Positions 1 through 13,004 are shown, counted from the first letter of the whole stretch. The stretch: 60,360 nt of DNA, filler included, from Platydemus manokwari (GCA_037951405.1; 5 parts of 5 records of this genome joined end to end with filler, not necessarily neighbours in it); one strand, 5' to 3'. Notes: generated from the letters alone by a model not told the origin. Made by a program: numbers and translations.

Positions 1-1447
1 TCCATTGATTCTATTAATTAATCCTTATACAAACCTTATCCAGATCTTCATAATGTTCAAGACATGAGAAATTAAACGGTTCAATTTTTCTAAACTGTTC
101 TCGGAACGTATGTTGTGACACATCAAATGTAGCGCATTTCTTTCTGATATTGGCAACTTCTTGGTTTTGAAGTGGTGCTACGGTTTGTTTGATTGTTATG
201 GCGATTTTTTTCGTGTTGTTCCATTTTTCCGGTAATTCCTGAATAAAATCCCAGATAATTAGTGGATCGACATTGACGTCAAATCTTACTTCGAGTTGCA
301 TGTGAACCTCTTCTGGCATTTCTTGATTGTATGTCTTCAATAGATCTATGGTCTGTTTCAGTGGTTCGAACATGGCATCTGTTGCTTGTTGACGTTCTTT
401 TACATTTCCCAAATGACCCATAACTTCAACGAGACCTTGGAAATCGCCTTCCACGGGTTCATTGCTCAGACCACTATTGGTAATCTTTATGAACTCGGCC
501 AGTTCCTTCAAACTATTTGTCACATGATCGATCAAGTGCTGTTTGAACATCAGACTCCAACGTTTGATGGTGTTAAGGAAAGCTTGACGGAACTTGCGAC
601 AATCAATTCGAAACCATCGGTCTATAATATGGAAGCCGCTCATTTTTTCAATCTAGATAACGACATCCCGTATAAATTCAGTGATAATCTTTTTATCAAA
701 GCAAAACCTCTTCAAATTGTTTCTCATATTTGTCGATTTGCAATTTAAATTGATCTAATGTTGGTGCTCTTTCTTCGAATGCTGAAATATCTTGTTCTCC
801 GTGGGCTTCTAATTCTTCAGCCGTCATTACATGACCATAACGAAGGAATTGACTCATAAATTCTTCACGATTATCCGTCCATAAATTGGAATACTCATCA
901 AATTTGGACTGATACAATTTGGCCTTTTCAGTCACGATTTCCGTTCGTTCAGTGATTTCCGTGCGTTTCTTTTGCAATTCCTCATTGTCTTCCAAATCGG
1001 TTCGATAATTTTCCATATTGCTACCAATTGCCAATCGTTTCACCATAGATGCTTGCTTGAAAATGTCAGTGACGATGGAATCTACCAATTCGGAAAAGTT
1101 ATCAGCATAATCACGATCAAGAGATGGTTGGAAAAGAATATCATTGGCCTGAGATAGAAATATGGTTGAATATAAATAGCATTTGGAAATAAGAAAATAC
1201 TTGTAAATCCATCGAAACTTCGAACAATGGATTGTTTGAGGTTTCGATTTGATCAATGAGATACTGCAAGCTGCAATTAATTGTGTCTTGAAAGCTTTCA
1301 ACGACCATATCATCGAGATTATCCACATATACGCGCCAATCTTCACTTGTTGAATCAGCTTTCAGCAATTGTATATTTTCCTATAATATTTTTAAAATAT
1401 TGGTTCTCATGATTTCATTTCATATCATATTAATATCGCTAATGTGA

Positions 1448-1478
<31 letters not shown>

Positions 1479-1531
1479 TACTATTGTTACTAACATGATT
1501 ATTATTATCACTTTTATTATTATTATTATTT

Positions 1532-1562
<31 letters not shown>

Positions 1563-4500
1563 GACTATTATATTATTATTACCATTATTATTATATTACT
1601 GTTATTATAACCATGATTACTATTATCATTATTATTATTATTATTACTATTGTTACTAACATGATTATTATTATCACTTTTATTATTATTATTTTTATTA
1701 TTATTATTATTACCATGACTATTATATCATTATTACTATTATTATATTACTGTTATTATAACCATGATTACTATTATCATTATTATTATTATCGGTGATC
1801 ATTATATAATTATATTTACCTTCACAAGAGCATGAACTTTTTCACCGGCTTCAGTGATTTCCTTGTAACGCTTGTTGCATCTATCCTCTCTATCATCCAA
1901 ATTCAACAGAGTTTCATTCTTTCCTTCTTTTCGTTCAAACAACGGTGTCTTCTTCCATGTTGACATTATTATTTTGATGGTTTCAATGTTTTCTTTCGAT
2001 TTTACAACTCTTGCTTGTAAATCGTGAACGAGATCTCTCACTTTTTCAATGTATTCCCAAACACCTGAACGGATCAAATTTAGACGATATCGATTAAGTA
2101 ATTCAATAAATAATGTTCTCATGGTTAATCGATAAAATTCAATGAAATATTGTCGTACTAAAACTATCTAATGTGACTAGATGTTCAATATATTCATTTG
2201 CTTAGATTCAAAAAAGTCAAATTAAACCAGTACCATGGAAACATTAATAATTGTAGAGTTTCAATGCCAAACCTATTTGATCAATATTCAGGTTTAAATA
2301 GGATCACGATATTTGAGGTGATTGTGTGTATATACTTAAAATCATGTGTGTATAAATAAGTCATATCTAATAGTCAATAAGTATTTTATCGATGATCTGA
2401 AATATATTCAATGAGTTTCCTGCATTATTAATCCGAATTCATTTCCAAAATTATTAATAATTTATCTCACTAACCTTCACTGTTCCAACATAGAGTTGTT
2501 ATAGCCTTTTCCAATTGTTGATCGATCTGTTTCAATTCAGCTTCTATTAACGGTTGTTCGATTGTCAGTGTGTGTTTTCTGAGATAATTGTACCATTCTA
2601 CCAGCAGATCGATATTATTAATATATTTTCTCAATATTATATTTTTCGAATGGATATCCATAGCTGATTTTGGAATATCTGGTTGATCAAGAATTTTCAA
2701 ATATTTTACTTCTCTCAACACTGCTTGTAACTAAATAAATTTTATTTATTATCTATGGTTATAATTTTTATTATTTTTTATAGTAATTATCATTATTTTT
2801 AATAATTATTATATTTATTATTATTATTTATATAACTAATTATTATTTGTAAGCATTATTCTAGTTATAATCATAATATATTATTATATTGTTTATAATT
2901 GAATATTTATTGTTGATTCCATTAATAATAATTAAATTAATTAAAAACAAACCTTGGTATCGAAATTAATGGAAATGAACATTGTAACTTTATTCCTCAA
3001 AAGTAAAGGTTGAGACAAATTAAACGAGCAGGTTTCATCAACACCTGACAACCAATTGGTATAATATTTCAATTCTTGTCTGAACAAAAACGAAATTTTA
3101 ATAAAACAAAACCATTCCCCTCCATTTACTTTTTCAACAATTCCAACAATTCATCATGTTTCTTTTGAACAATTTCAAATTCCATCGTTTTGAAAGCTCT
3201 GTGAACAAATTGCTTGTAACAAAAACCCATTTCATCAAACATAATATCTTACGGATGGTCGATATGTGCTGTTAATATCAATGGCTGTTTGACTCGTTCA
3301 TACATTTCTTTACACCATTGCAATTCACCGGTGATATGAGGCATATTTTTGTGAATTTTGGGTATTGTATTTTGTGCATCGATATGGATATCGTAAACGA
3401 TTTTCGCATCATTCATTTCTTGATCTAACATTTTTACCAATTCATAATAACGCTTATCAAATTCGATTTTCAGAATTGGTCGATCCAGTAGCGTTCCAAA
3501 TATGGTGATAAGCTGAATGAAGTAGATAATTAATAAATCAATGATAATTAATTGTCTCAAATGATGCGTACAAATTTATATAGTTCAGTTCAATGAGCAA
3601 TAAAATATTAATTGTTACAAGATGCTGCATCAAATTGGATGATATTTACAAACATAATTGTTCAATACACACAATACTAATAATATTATTTTTTGTAACA
3701 CATTTACCGTCCATCTAGACAATATTTGTAAAGCAATTTATCTGAACATTACTTTATTTTGCTGTGAAATCATAAGATTTCTAAATTAAATAGATTGTAT
3801 ATAACCAATAATCGAGACAGGAAATAGATAATCTTTTATTCTTGTGTGGTTTATTTAAAAATACGATAAATAATTAAAATTTACATAGAATTAAAATTAT
3901 TAAAAAAAAACTCGAACCGAAAAGATATTTTTAAAAAAATATTAAAAATTAATACAGCATATTAATATTTATAAAAGGATCTTGCTTAATAAATATTGCT
4001 AAACTCTCAGTTTTATAATTAAAATTATAAAAATTACTAAAAGTAAAATTTAAATAATAAATAAAGATGTAATATAAAATGTGTGCCTTTTATGTTTAAA
4101 TTAAAAATGAAGACAAATCAGTTTGAAATAAATTTAAATTTAACATTTGTTTAAAAATTGATGTACTGACGAATAGATTTTTTGTTCTGCTGTAAATATG
4201 ACTTTTGATTTGAATATTAAAATGAAGAAATTTTGGCAACTAACAATAATGAAATTGTTTTTTAAGAATGCCAAACATTTTTGATTTGATCAAAACATAT
4301 AAAAATTTTTCAATACCAAACGGTTATGTAATCGCTGTAAAGCAATTGTGTCAATGACGTCACATAATATTATGAATTATTTAAATCTATGACAACAACA
4401 TATTAAATATTTAGCATCAAAATACCATGATATATCTCTGATATCCCAATACTTCACTGTATTGTATTTTCACAAATATATCTCAATACTTTGACCTAAC

Positions 4501-7184
4501 CGGTAATCCATCAGTAGACCGTTTTGTGAATCCTGAGTATCGGATAACTAATCGAGATAACTATTTCAAAATTCTTTTATATTTCACAGACTCGAATTCA
4601 TAGCAATCATCACTATTTACAGCTTCAATTTTGAAATATATTACGATAATCACAATATTCCTAACAGCCAACTTACTAATACTTTGATATCGCCACTCAT
4701 TGTAAATAAATCAATACATATTTCCTTTACTTCAACTCATTACAAATGGTTTATGGTTTACTATTAAATACTTTATTAATCAATTATTTACTTACTTTGA
4801 AAGCTGCATCATAGGAATTACAATCTGCAAATGCTTGAGAAGCCGTTGAGGCTAATCTGCGATCCATGTCTTCTAGATTCACTTCAAATTTATGATATTC
4901 ATTAATAAAGTCTGTTTCCAATGGATCAAGACAATCGTATGATTCTTCGGTGAATGGTTTGAAAATATTTTTATATTCTTCAAACATATCGATAATATTT
5001 TGACTAAGATTCCTTCCTTTGATGCCCGAGATTTCGATTTTCTCCAGTTTCATGAACTCAATCGTTATATGCAAAATGGACTACAGACAGACATATTAAG
5101 CCATAACTTCATGATTTCAAACAATATCAAAACGTTTCTCACCTGCACGATTACTATTCGATCAATAAACGAATCCAGACGACCAAATACAAGATTATTG
5201 GCAAATTTCCACTCCACCGGTACAGTTCCATCTTTGAAATATTCGCTTAGTTTGTTTTTATGAATTTCAAAAGATTCTTTGAATTTATCGAGAATTTTTA
5301 ATGACGTTTCGACTTTCAATGCTGATTCTTCGACTTCGCCTTTGAAGATTTCTTTTGGATCGAGGTATGATCGACACTGAATATCATCAACTCATTAGAA
5401 TATGTATAGCACTATTTCGACAGACATACAATTCATTTCATCCAATCAACGAGAATTAAAAACATACACACAAACACGGAACAAAGAAAATCGTTAAAAC
5501 ATACACAGTTGATAACAAGATTGCAAATTTCTTGTAACAAAATGACAATTTTCTCTGGATTACGATAATCTTTACAGTGGGCCCATACCAGACAAAGAAC
5601 ATGAAATAATGGTTCAATCATTGGTTCTATTTCGTTAAATTCCATTTGTTCCAGTTCCTCAAATTGGGAACGCAACGGTGCCAGGTACAAATGAATATTT
5701 TGAGCCTCTTTCAAAGCTTAAAGCGATTATTTTGAGACTTTAATTTCTTTCAATAATTTACCTGCGACGACGGATTTGAATATTTGTTTAAAAGGTGGTG
5801 CATAAGTGCTGTCCACTTGTTCCAATAATGTCGCCATTTTTTTGACTTTTTGTGATGCCAATTGTTCATAAATGCATTCGAGATTGACACAACGAGTTTT
5901 CCAGTAGTCGAGTTCGACAAATGGTGTCGGATCGAGACCAGCAATCAATTGATCTGATGACCCTTTGCTGAGCACATCATCGATTTGATGAGCCCATTCT
6001 ATAACGACCGTTTCAATGGCATAGATGATGCTTCTCGGCACATCTCTGCAAATACAGGTTTTAATATATTTGTTTTCGAGGCTCTTGTCAATATATCTGT
6101 CACAGAATTTTTTTGTATTTGAATATACGCATCTATTTGGCTTACCTTATAAGTACTGCTCAAATATTTTTGATTTTATATTATATAAACGGAATTTTTA
6201 TTTAAGTATAAAACTTTGAAATATGTTTTATATAGAATTGCGATTACTATAATAATATATTATGCCTCTAATTATGTTTAATTTAGCAAAAAAAACTTGC
6301 AATAATGTTCTTGATAATATTTCATATCAATAATTAAAAAATAATAAAAAGTAATAACTATAAAAATAAAATGAAAACAAACATGATAATGTTAAAGATA
6401 ATAATTGTAGTAGTATTTAATAATAATAAAAATAATAATAATAATAATAAATCAATTTATAATAATCATCAATATATAGGTATGTGTCAGCGCTGATATA
6501 ATCCTAAATTATTGTCAACTCACTTCTCAAATCAATTGTCTGAATTCATAATTTACTAGATATTATTAATTAGAATTAAGCTAACCCAATCGTATGAATT
6601 TCACCATCTGAAACTTTCTCTGAACCGACAGGCAATGGGAGCAATGTTTTACCCTTTGATTGTCCTAGCACGACATCGGTTTGATGTTTTAAAGAATTGG
6701 TATGTTTGATGACATCATTGGATATAACTGATGGCCAAGATTCCTGATTTTTACCATTTGATAGAACGGGTAAAATAACCTAATAATAATATTATAATAA
6801 AATGTATTTGCAATAACTTATTACTTCATCTACAAACGATGAAAACTGGTCTAGTGGTTGATAAGAAACATCACCAAAAAGTAAAACTTTGTTAAATGCA
6901 GCATCTTTACTAATTGACTCTTTTGCCTTCTTTGTGAAAAAGCAAGCCTTGCTCTTTAGATTTGTCGGAAACTCGTATTGTATTTGCAAGGCTCCACCAC
7001 CAGGAGCTTGTACAACGAAAAGTTGTTGAATTTCTGATTTTTCAAAGAAATCTAATATTAACTGCCTTGTTTCTTCTACGCTCCATAACTTTAGAAACTT
7101 GTCTGATTTTTGTTTTAACGATTTTAACACGTAATCGGCGACGAATTCGCCTCGCTTGTCATTAAGCTCTAACTCAGAAGCCAT
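1..7184 (-). CDS. DNAH9/11/17: Axonemal outer-arm dynein heavy chain, beta type (DNAH9/11/17 family), N-terminal tail region; partial, continues beyond window start
   Basis: Exons read with GT-AG junctions and consistent phase: 7184-6825, 6779-6586, 6045-5762, 5716-5505, 5376-5143, 5080-4796, 3512-3253, 3198-3130, 3079-2953, 2730-2475, 2064-1820, 1380-1201, 1148-708, 652-290, 238-35. Peptides such as GKTLLPLPVGSEK, IIYAIETVVIEWAHQI, EFMKLEKIEISGIKG, LREVKYL, MFEPLKQTIDLLKTY and ELPEKWNNTKK match the DHC N1 tail of beta outer-arm dyneins. Confidence 0.95.
1444..1795. repeat. Intronic (ATT/TTA)n-rich microsatellite containing a ~166-bp unit duplicated in tandem
   Basis: ctattgttactaacatgattattattatcacttt...ccatgactattat...ctgttattataaccatgattactattatcatt occurs from ~1481 and again from ~1647, within dynein intron 1819-1381. 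Confidence 0.9.
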
Positions 7185-7257
7185 AATGACAATGTTACAA
7201 TCGTAATAAGTAATTTGATATAATGAGAATAATCAAGTAACTGTCAAATAAATTATG

Positions 7258-7287
7258 GTTACTATAACTATGATGTTGCTTAGTAAT
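7258..7287. promoter_or_regulatory. Two candidate RFX X-box motifs upstream of the dynein start codon
   Basis: GTTACTATAAC (7258-7268) and GTTGCTTAGTAAT (7275-7287) resemble the X-box palindrome GTTRCY-N-RGYAAC and lie ~75-100 nt upstream of the ATG of a motile-cilia gene. Confidence 0.45.
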
Positions 7288-7650
7288 TACTCATTAAAAC
7301 AAATTTATTCATTAAATTAATTGACCTTCAAGATTATTTTTGTGATTATTTTTTTAATTAAAAAGTTTTAGTTAATCAATAAAACTTTTTATTTTTAAAT
7401 TAATAAAAATCATAATTTTGACATTTCATTAAAAGTTTTTTATTTGCAAGATATTTCCGTTATAAAGTACAAATTACTTCTATCATACTAACAAGTACTA
7501 GGAAAGACATGAGTTTGAAAACATACTCTGAAAATAAAAAAATTTCACCACTCTCAGATCCCCCGAGACAGATGAAAAAACAAAAACATAACAAAATATG
7601 ATATTTATGACAATGTTGTAAAATAATCTCAATTTTAGGTTTTTTTTTAA

Positions 7651-8465
7651 ATGGCTGTTAAAGGTTCTGAAATTAATAAAAGAATGAAGGAATTGAGAAA
7701 AATTATAGAATTACAAAATCAATTAAATAAGGAAGCTCAAGAAAAACAATATTCAAAAATTTTGTTAAATCAAGATATTGCTGAATTTTCTGCGCCTTTA
7801 TTAAAACCAGTTGTTCCAAATCAAAAAAAACATCAATTAACAGTAGAAGAAGGAAATAAAATTTAAAGGCTTTTGAAAATAAGCAATAAAATATAATTTA
7901 AGCTACTGAAATTATCAAATATATTTCAGAAAATGAAGTAAAACTGGATTATATTAATTCAGGAATATTTAACCTGAAAAAAAATAATTTATAGTAAAAT
8001 CTATTGCGCCAATGTTAGAAACAAAAAATTTAAAAAACAAATTTTCTATTAAAAATGTGTCTTCTGAATCCCCAATTAAAAAATGTACTAATTTAATTGG
8101 TGGCAATTTGTTATTTTACTGTTACACTGGTCCTATGAGGACTTCGATAACTCGTATGAAGACGAAGCTAAAGGAAACCATGCTGAAATTCTCTAAATTT
8201 TAAACAGTAATTAGATTGACTGTTACAACAAGGAATTGAACGATCTCGATATAGAAACTGTAGTTTTGTACTATATGTATAAAACAACATGTTAACAGTT
8301 AATAAATCAATAGTTATAATTATTGAGAATGCGACGATTTATTATGAAAATTTATTCAAAAAAATGAAGAAATAGCGAACAATAAAACAACAAAAAGATT
8401 TTGTCAAATAGTGAAACTCACTATGCTGGAAAGTGACAATTGGGAATGACGAAAATATTTATTAT
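7651..8465 (+). mobile_element. Degraded ORF resembling a Maverick/Polinton accessory gene
   Basis: Intronless coiled-coil N-terminus ending in ...IAEFSAPLLKPV, and a frameshifted C-terminal KLTMLES/..IGNDENI segment. Both recall motifs of Maverick uncharacterised ORFs. Multiple stops and frameshifts; recognition from memory only. Confidence 0.3.
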
Positions 8466-11119
8466 GTTGTTTTTGGGTCAAGTCTTTTCTTTTATTATCA
8501 ATTTACTACCTATTAACGATTTTATTTGTTTTTTTTAATTTTATTTGTGCAATATCAGAGTCAAATCAGTCTACCGGAGTTCTTATAACCCACAGGTGGA
8601 CAAAAAACCTAATATTTTTTGCGTTCCTTCGCTTCAATTGTATCAATCCTGGTGTGAAGACCGGATGAACGGCTCAATGATATTGCTTGAAATTATCAGT
8701 CTCAATTTAACCTTTATGCATCTTCCAAAAAGGTGATTAAATGATACTGAAGTGATATTTAACTATTAATGAAATGAACCTTATGGCACTCGCTAAAATC
8801 AAAACCAATTCACCTTTTTAAAATATCCTTTATTTTGGATTAAACAATCAACCATATAGATAGAGAGTGAGTTTGTATATAGTGAATGATTTTACATTAA
8901 TTGATCTTGCTATTGTCTTCGCGTTTGAAACCGAGTCACTCAGAATGAATATCAGCATTGTATTGATCTTCCAGTTAGACTGGTCATCTAATTCTGAATG
9001 TGCTGGAAGGAGTTTGGTTGGCTTTGCGGCTTAAAGTTTTCCAACAATTCTTCTTTGTAACGGGCAGTTTTGTTTTTCTCACTTTTGTAACAAGCGAGTG
9101 GGTGTTTTATGTGTTGTTGTTGTATTTATATGGATTTTTGTTCTAATGGAATTTCTAGTGGAATATGGGCTTATTATTTAAATTCAATAGGATTTTTGGG
9201 TTTTAATGCGGGTTGTTATTTCGTTGTGAGGGCTTCATTGTGTGGAAATTGGCATTTATCATTTTCCAACAATGGGGTTTTTATTTTATTAATTGTTGAT
9301 TTAATCACCAAGCCAAACTAAATGCGGGTATTTTATTATTTCTATTCATCAGATATTTTTATGAATAGAAGTATTCTAATTGTTAGAATTAAATTGATAT
9401 TTTTATCATTGGGTGATTTATCTTTAAATATTGGTTTATCCTAGTTGATATCTTTTATTGGTCTTTCTAACTTTATTAAATTATAATTACATACTAGTTA
9501 TAATAATTATTATATATTTTTTATCTATTTGCTATAAATAACCATAAGAGCTGTTCCAAAATAAAAATAATATCATATAATATTTAGTACTTCTGTGGAA
9601 TCCGACCTGACCCAGCACTATTAAACTAGGTACAATCACGAATATATATAAGAATAAAAAGAATATTAAAAACATAAAAAATGAAATTTTAAAAATTCTT
9701 AGATTACATAGAAAAAATAAAATGAATAAAATTCAAATTTTTCATAGAAAATTACTTTAAAATAAATAAAACAAACATTTTGTTTTTCTATAGCAAACTG
9801 TTTTGTTTAAATGACCTCAAGGTCACCCAGATAGAACCTAAGAAATTATTTCGAAATTCATTTTTAGTGACCACGTCAGTACTAAAAATAGTGTGGGTCA
9901 ATTTAGCAACTCAAGTAGATAAAACAGTAGGCTGTTGCTAAATTTAGGCATGACGTCTGGAGAGCTTCTAAATTTAGAAACAAAAGAAGACAAAAAATTA
10001 GTACACTAATATGGCGCTTGCGACCTACAAAATCAGTAAATATGAGCAACCAAATTCAGTTTGATTGCACTTTATCATTCGTGACTAATCCAGTTAGTTT
10101 TCAAATTATTTAAACAGACGATTATAACAATATTATTCCGACGAAACGTTTATCTGACGGAGAATTCAATGAATTATTACCAATTTTATTATTCTACGAA
10201 ACATTTATTTTACGAAGCATTCAACGGACAATTGCAAATTTATTATTATATCGAAACCTTTATTGGCAAAACATTCACAGGAACAGTTTATTGATCTATT
10301 GAAGATTTGAAGAAGCCTTCCAGCAACTCAGTCTATCATTATTTGAAGAAGCCTACGGCAAATCATTCTACCTTTAATTCGAATCTGGCTATTTCCATTT
10401 TACAACAATGATGAGTAAATTTTTGTTTTATAACGCGCCCACAGCTGTCTTGATAGCTGTGTGGTTGTTCTAAATTTACTAGGTTCTACTTATTATCTCC
10501 CACCTTTTTTTAACCACAAGGGTGTCTTTCCAACTAGTTGGGCACACCTAGCTGTTCTTTTGAAGGGTCTAGCCGTCCATTATATAATTGTATCTTGTAA
10601 TGTATATTAAAATCCGATTTTTATCGTTAATAAACTTATTTTATTGTATTCATTCAAAATTTAATTTCATATTTTTCAGGATAAGTTCATATTTTACCTG
10701 TCTATTTATATTTTAAATATTATTATTAGTATAAGAGAGTTATTCGAACTCTTCCTACGTATCTGATTCGAGCAGATTCTGTTGGGAACAAAATCGCAAC
10801 CTATTTTTATATTTATCTTCAATTCAATAGTTTAAGCTATATTTATCGTTAACTTATAACACCATAATCTTAATTTAGTTTCAACACTTCTTTACATTTT
10901 TAGGGCAGTAAATCAGATACATATTATAAGGCGAATGATAAAAATTATATATATACAAGTGGAGCCATTTCACCCACTAATGACTGTTAATTGATTATCT
11001 TGGCCAAAACTCCAACAATTAATTATAGATTAATTAGGTTAAGGTTATTATGATAGTGTGTATAGATAAAATGTACTGTAACTCAAGATAAGGAGAATTG
11101 TCTTTTCAAAGAATAACAG

Positions 11120-11531
11120 ATTCGAATTTGTCGTAAATAATCGCTACTTCTTAGGTGTGTATTTTATTTGTTTCTCTTTTAAACTGTTGTATACTTATAT
11201 AGTTCGTGTGACGGCGCCATTTTTATTTTATTCTAAAAAATCTATTGTATGTATTTTTCTGGTAGAATGGCCGTTATTATTTTTATTTTACTATTGAATT
11301 ATGATTTACTTTTCTGATCTACTTTTTTCAGATCAGTTCAAATCAAATATTTTTTTATTTTATTCTTGTTTTAACTTGTCAATATTTGTTCTCTTTACCT
11401 AACTTGTACTCTTATTACTATTATTTATTATTTTTCATGTTGTTATTATTATTATATTTTACTCTTTTATTATAATTACTATTACTTATTTATTATAATT
11501 CACTTTTTCATTTTATTATTATTATCATTAT
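11120..11531 (+). repeat. Dispersed unclassified repeat ending in (TTA)n, copy 1
   Basis: Shares ordered motifs tttgtcg..aataat, ggYgccat, aatggccgtt, gatct..ttttt..gatcag and a TTA-rich tail with 40478-40875. Confidence 0.55.
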
Positions 11532-11631
11532 NNNNNNNNNNNNNNNNNNNNNNNNNNNNNNNNNNNNNNNNNNNNTTAATTAATTAANNNNNNNNNNNNN
11601 NNNNNNNNNNNNNNNNNNNNNNNNNNNNNNN
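11532..11631. other. Assembly gap with artificial TTAATTAATTAA linker
   Basis: Run of Ns, a 12-mer with stops in all frames, then Ns; 100 bp total and identical at all four gaps. Confidence 0.97.
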
Positions 11632-12505
11632 GATTGTTTCAAGGTAAACTTGTGTAATTGTGATTAATAGATTATTTATAATTGTTTGCCATTTTTATAT
11701 TCAACAATATATTCCCTTTCAGAACCGTAGCATTTAAAATCATCGTTGCAAAAAAAATATATCGCGACAATGGGATTAAAATAAACTTAACAATATCGCT
11801 ACAGTGCGGTTAATATAAAATAAAATAAAATAGTTGCTTCATACAATAGCAACTAAATGTTCCGATTTTTAGCATTCATCATAAAAATTTAATCGACTTC
11901 AGGCGTCGATAAACGCTACATTTTCCAATAGTTAAACATCGTTACAAAACTAATTTGTTTTTAATACAACCAAATTATAAAAATTTATAAATTGCTATAA
12001 TATACATCGATATTTCATACATTCTACTTTTATACACTGAATATTGTCATTATTATACACGATATTGCTATAGTTATTGTCAGGACCCCAACATTAATAA
12101 TAATATTAAATACATATACCCGTATCTCACAAATTGTTGGCCAAATACATTGTTAAGAAGTTAAACATGAAAAATATTTTATAACGATATTTAAACAAAT
12201 CTACATTCTTCCGATTTTATAAATTTCTATTTATTGATTATTTCAAATTTATGAAAATCTTTTACAGTAATTTCAAACTTTCACATAAATGAAAGAGGAA
12301 ATGGCAAAGCAAGATATAGGTAATAATCTTGAAGGACCAATCTCTCAGAGTGCTATTAATTTAAATGAAAACTTCCAATCAATGAGGCATAAATGATTTC
12401 AATAATTTTGCGAAATCGATTACATCACATTACCATTTGCATTGAAATGCATTCTGAAGATTTTAGTATTCTTAAATTACTCTTCTTTTAAATCGGACTT
12501 CTTAT

Positions 12506-13004
12506 TGTTGAGTGAGATGAAATTCGGCAAAAAGAAAAACGAAATTGCACCTTGGAACCCTTGTTTTAGCACTTTAAACATTTGCATGCCTACACAATCA
12601 TACAGGCATGGCAATCGGTCAATCCCAGTGAAGGTAGAAAGTAAATTACAATCGGGAAAAGGGCATACTACACAAAATACACTTCTAGGGATTGACCAAT
12701 CTCATTCATGTAAAAACCTAAAAACCCAATAAGAACACAGAAAGAAATACACTAAATCAAATTGTAGTACATCATGACTCAGAGAGATATACACAGATCG
12801 CGAGTATAAAAAGAAATGTAAAGATGGACAACTGCTGTTTGGAAGCCAGATTTGGGTGAAAATATTGTACTTGTATTTTGATTATCGTGGTTTTACGTCA
12901 GTTAGTGTAGTTGTATGTTGACAAATATACATTAATTGGGAGACAAAAGTTTGTTATTCATTTATACGCCACCAATATTAAAATTCTACTATGCCCTTAT
13001 CACA
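12506..13004 (+). mobile_element. Gypsy-type 5' LTR (copy 1)
   Basis: Starts TGTTGAGTGAG, ends ...TCACA, followed directly by a PBS; homologous to 32345-32820 and to the minus-strand copy at 41295-41609. Confidence 0.8.

Noticed and set aside
1444-1798. Poly-Ile/Tyr ORFs on the plus strand
   Set aside because: Translation of an intronic (ATT)n microsatellite.
386-6219. Plus-strand ORFs overlapping the dynein gene (386-748, 972-1157, 5000-5263, 6025-6219)
   Set aside because: Antisense shadows of dynein exons with no independent motifs.
11576-11587. TTAATTAATTAA palindrome recurring four times at ~10-13 kb spacing
   Set aside because: Always centred in a 100-bp N run; it is a scaffolding linker, not biology.
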